NCBI RefSeq assembly: GCF_046119375.1
Contig: NW_027362764.1
Location: 411,122,001-411,186,000, forward strand
DNA length: 64,000 bases
DNA from: Phyllobates terribilis
Lineage: Eukaryota
Direction of reading: 5' to 3'
Shown: piece by piece, positions 60,560 to 64,000 of the stretch
Layout: the number at the start of each line of letters is the position of its first letter
Numbering within the stretch: the stretch's first letter is position 1
Notes under the pieces: model-generated
What the model was told of the DNA's origin: nothing
Databases searched by the model: none
What the model saw: only the letters and a program-made list of their open reading frames with translations
Made by a program: the position numbers and the translations under genes

Positions 60560-61300
60560 TTATTGAAAAGTGGAAGTGTTTTGGAAGCCAGCCATGAAGT
60601 GGAAGACTATGCAATGTTACAGAGCAGAGTCAATGAGTGCTGAGGCTTGTAGCGTATAAAAGTCTCCAATGCTTTACTAACTCCACCGGCAAAATTTTAG
60701 GATAAAAACTGTGGTCTGAAAGGTTCTTACCATGGGTTTCTTTTGCTGAGCAGCTGTATGCAAGCTTTACATCATCATGTACAATACTAGACTGGACGGA
60801 TTGGTGTAAAACATATCCACCAATGGATTCCAGAGAAGTGGAAATATGTTCTGTTGAGTCATGAATTACACTATCTGGCAGTCTGAGGAATGTGTCTGGG
60901 TTTGCAAATGCCAGGAGAACAAGTGTAAAATTTGGTGGAGGAGGGATAATGCCATTAGGCTGTTTCTCAGGGGTTGGTCTAGGCCCTTAGTTCCAGCAAA
61001 AGGAAATTTCAATGCTTCCACACACCAAGACAGTTTTAACAACTGTATTCTTAAAACTTTGCTGAACGCCCTTTTCTGTTACAGCATTACTGTGACCCAG
61101 TGCCCAAAGCAAGGCCCATAAAGGCATGGCTGGGTGAGTTTCGTTGGAATAACTGGACTGGCCCACACAGACCTCTAACGTCAACCCCACTGAACACCTT
61201 TGAGATGAAATAGAACATAGATTGTGACCTTTCATTGAGAGAAGCAGAAGAGAAAGTAGTGGAAGCGAGGATACAAATCTCATATGAGAAATCACATGAC
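60560..61300 (+). pseudogene. Highly decayed Tc1 transposase remnant
   Basis: Fragments resembling VKFGGGGIM.WGCF, GLGPLVP.KGN.NAS and DWP....NPTEHL; boundaries approximate. Confidence 0.65.
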
Positions 61301-63420
61301 AACTATCAGAACAGGGAAGTGGAATCATAACAGTATGTACATTACACACTGTAAAGATTACCGATGTTATACCCATTCGCAAATTTTAAACTTGGGTCGG
61401 AAAACGTTTCTAATTGATTTATAAAGACCATAAACAGAAAGAAGTCCAGACAATTTCTTAGAAAAAAAGTTATTGGTCATCCTATGTTTTTTTTGGTGCA
61501 TTGTCAGTTGAAATTATAGGCCCGATTTATTAAGTAGTAAGGTGTGTCTATTTCGCTAAAAGGCAGATGCCACTTAATGATTTAGGCGCATCTTATCACT
61601 GGCATGCAACTCCATGCACCTTGCCAGAAATGGTGAAGATTTCTGGTTTAAGTTACACCACTAAAGAGCTAGTTAGGTGGGAGTCACCACATCCAAGTAC
61701 ACTGTGTCCAGTTTGTTGGACCTTGGCGGACAGGCGTGGAAATGCCAAAAGTCACAAATTTTTGTGACTTTTCAAAGTGTTTTACTCCAGAAATCTGCCA
61801 AAAACACTTTGTTGAATCTCTGAGTGTTTAATGTCTTTAAATACAACAGATCATTTTCCACATTACACAAGCATAGACAGTACTTGTGAATATGCTTGGG
61901 CTTAATGTTCAGCCTGGTAAAATATGAATGTTTATCTTCTACAATGCATTTCATACAAGTGTGTAAGAAACCATCATAGGCAAAATGCGGCATTAAATCT
62001 GAATATAAAACATGTCCATAGCACTTACTGCATCATGCTTTACAAGATTGAGATGGACATGCTTATTGGGAAGAGAATGTAACGTCTTTGATTTATTTTA
62101 CCCAGAATCTACAGTTGTTTTATGTCACTGCAATAGGTAATTTGCTATGACTAGCTGTCTGTGCTTTATTTTTTCTTGATAGGCTTTTATAAGAGTTTTT
62201 GCATATTTTGCTAACATTTTATGAGTTTTAAATGTGCACTTAGAGCACAGTTAGCGTTGCTGGAATAGGAGTGATTGGCCTAATCTGCAATGTTCTGCAT
62301 TTTTATTCAGTTAGTATTCTTAAACTGTATCAAACAGTCAAGATGTGAAGGCTGGAGATTACATGTCAGCTATGGAAAAATGTGCTGAGCAGTGTGCAGT
62401 TCAAGCTATATTTCTGGCCATAAAATCCCCTGAATGACACAGGAACAGGATTCTGCATTTTCAGTCATTAAGTTATAACTACAGCAGCATTAAAATCACA
62501 GCTTATGCTCTTAAAATAGTTCACAGGGCCAGAGAAAAGAATACTTACCCAACAACTGATTTGTAACTGGGGCATTTGTAACCCAGAAAAATGGTGATTT
62601 ACAGTAAAAAATAGCATGCTCTAACAAGCTGAGTTTGAAACACTGGAAATTTAGAAAGTTTTGAATGTAGTTTCACCTTATCTGTAACTTTTCATTGCAT
62701 TGGGTTTTTGAACATTTTCATAACTGGTGCCTCGGACAATTTTTACAATTTTGTACAAACAAAACCTAAATTGAAAAACTAAAATAAAAAAATAACTCTT
62801 TAGTTTTTCTATTTTTAAAGGCTCAAAACTAAGAGGACAATTAAGCTGTTTCATGGTCCATTGGGGACTGTTACCACGCTGTTTCATGACAGATTAGAGG
62901 AGAAAACGAGTCAAATGTTGAATTTGCATTTAGTAGCTGCTAATAAAGACTTTCAATATTCAGTCGGTCCAAATAGTTGTCAATTCAAGTGAATGAGACC
63001 ATCATTAGGCTGAAAAAAAAACTATCATAAAGAAATTTTGAGGCTAACTTCAATTGACTATTTGGTGAGGTTTTGATGTAGCAGATTGTCTGCAGATTTT
63101 CTACATCAATTAGCTAAACTTCCATTTTTCATTGTGTTTGTTATTTATATGCGCTTTTAACACAATTTTTCAACTGCAGTTTTTATCTCTTTTTGGTATG
63201 TAATGTGCAGATTTTAAAATTGCATCCCAAGTCAGTTTCTGCAATGTTAAAAAAGCACAGCGGTCATGAGATTTTTATATATCCTATATACTGTTCTTGA
63301 ATTGTAACACGCTGTGTTTTTTTCTGAACAAAAATACACAGAGAAAATGATGCACCAAATACTCATTGTGGCAATTTAGTCTAAGAATGGGCAGATTAAA
63401 AATTCTTTAAACACATTTAA

Positions 63421-64000
63421 CCCCTACCCGACATGTGCTGTACATGTACTGTCCTGCGGGAGTTGCGTTCCCGCAAAAAGCAGTACATGTACAGCGCAGT
63501 GATCGGACGGGCTCACGCTGAGCGCCGCCGCGATCACATTCGGGAGTCAGCTCTGTGTGAGAGCTAACACCCCGCAGCACCGCCCATGATCAGTGCTAGC
63601 ACCGATCATGGGCATTTAACCCCTCTGATGCCGCTGTCAATAGTGAGTGACAGCGACATCGCAGGACATCGCAGAGGGAGTGAGCTCCCTCTGTGATCCC
63701 ATCAACACAACCGGATGTGCTCGCATTGTGTTGATGGTCTCCATGGTGACCCCCGGTCCCAAGATGGGTGCGGGGTCCTTCAGGGTCCTGCAGGAAGGTG
63801 GCCTGTCAGCGCCTGCTCAAAGAGCAGGAGCTGAGACGCCTCCTTCCTGCCTGTCAGATGCTGCTCTGATGCTCTACAGTGCAGAGTGCAGAGCATCAGA
63901 TCAGCGATCTGACAGTTTGATAATGCTGTCCCACCCTGGAACAATGTAAAAAAGTAAAAAAAAAAACAGTTAATAAAAAATATAAAAATATTTTAAAGAA
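63421..64000. mobile_element. piggyBac-like element, left end (runs off the window)
   Basis: TTAA|CCC terminus with a GC-rich subterminal region and an internal TTAACCCC repeat. Confidence 0.6.

Noticed and set aside
62549-62642. Possible minus-strand exon with a strong GTAAGT donor
   Set aside because: Isolated, with an unrecognised peptide and no phase-linked neighbour found.

Overview
Eukaryotic, repeat-dominated window. It is probably intronic or intergenic DNA from an anuran amphibian, an inference from the T2/Kolobok-type MITEs and the Tc1 and hAT families present. Most recognisable sequence is nested transposable elements. Two giant hAT elements have perfect 8-bp TSDs: 8764-17926 has a decayed transposase, and 43583-54486 has an intact 1226-aa BED-finger/DDE transposase plus decayed Tc1, L1 and LTR cargo. 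Also present are several non-autonomous hATs, four Tc1 copies or remnants, a Penelope-like RT remnant, solo LTRs with TSDs, TTAA MITEs and many element-internal tandem arrays. The most unusual structure is a 2.16-kb TA-flanked CAGTG...CACTG foldback element (5561-7721) whose ~1.07-kb inverted arms carry four tRNA-like Pol III cassettes, three retaining box A, box B and an oligo-T run. It sits inside an older inverted repeat. No host gene could be identified by name; a weak spliced minus-strand ORF candidate lies at about 37.7-39.3 kb. All coordinates and alignments were read by eye.
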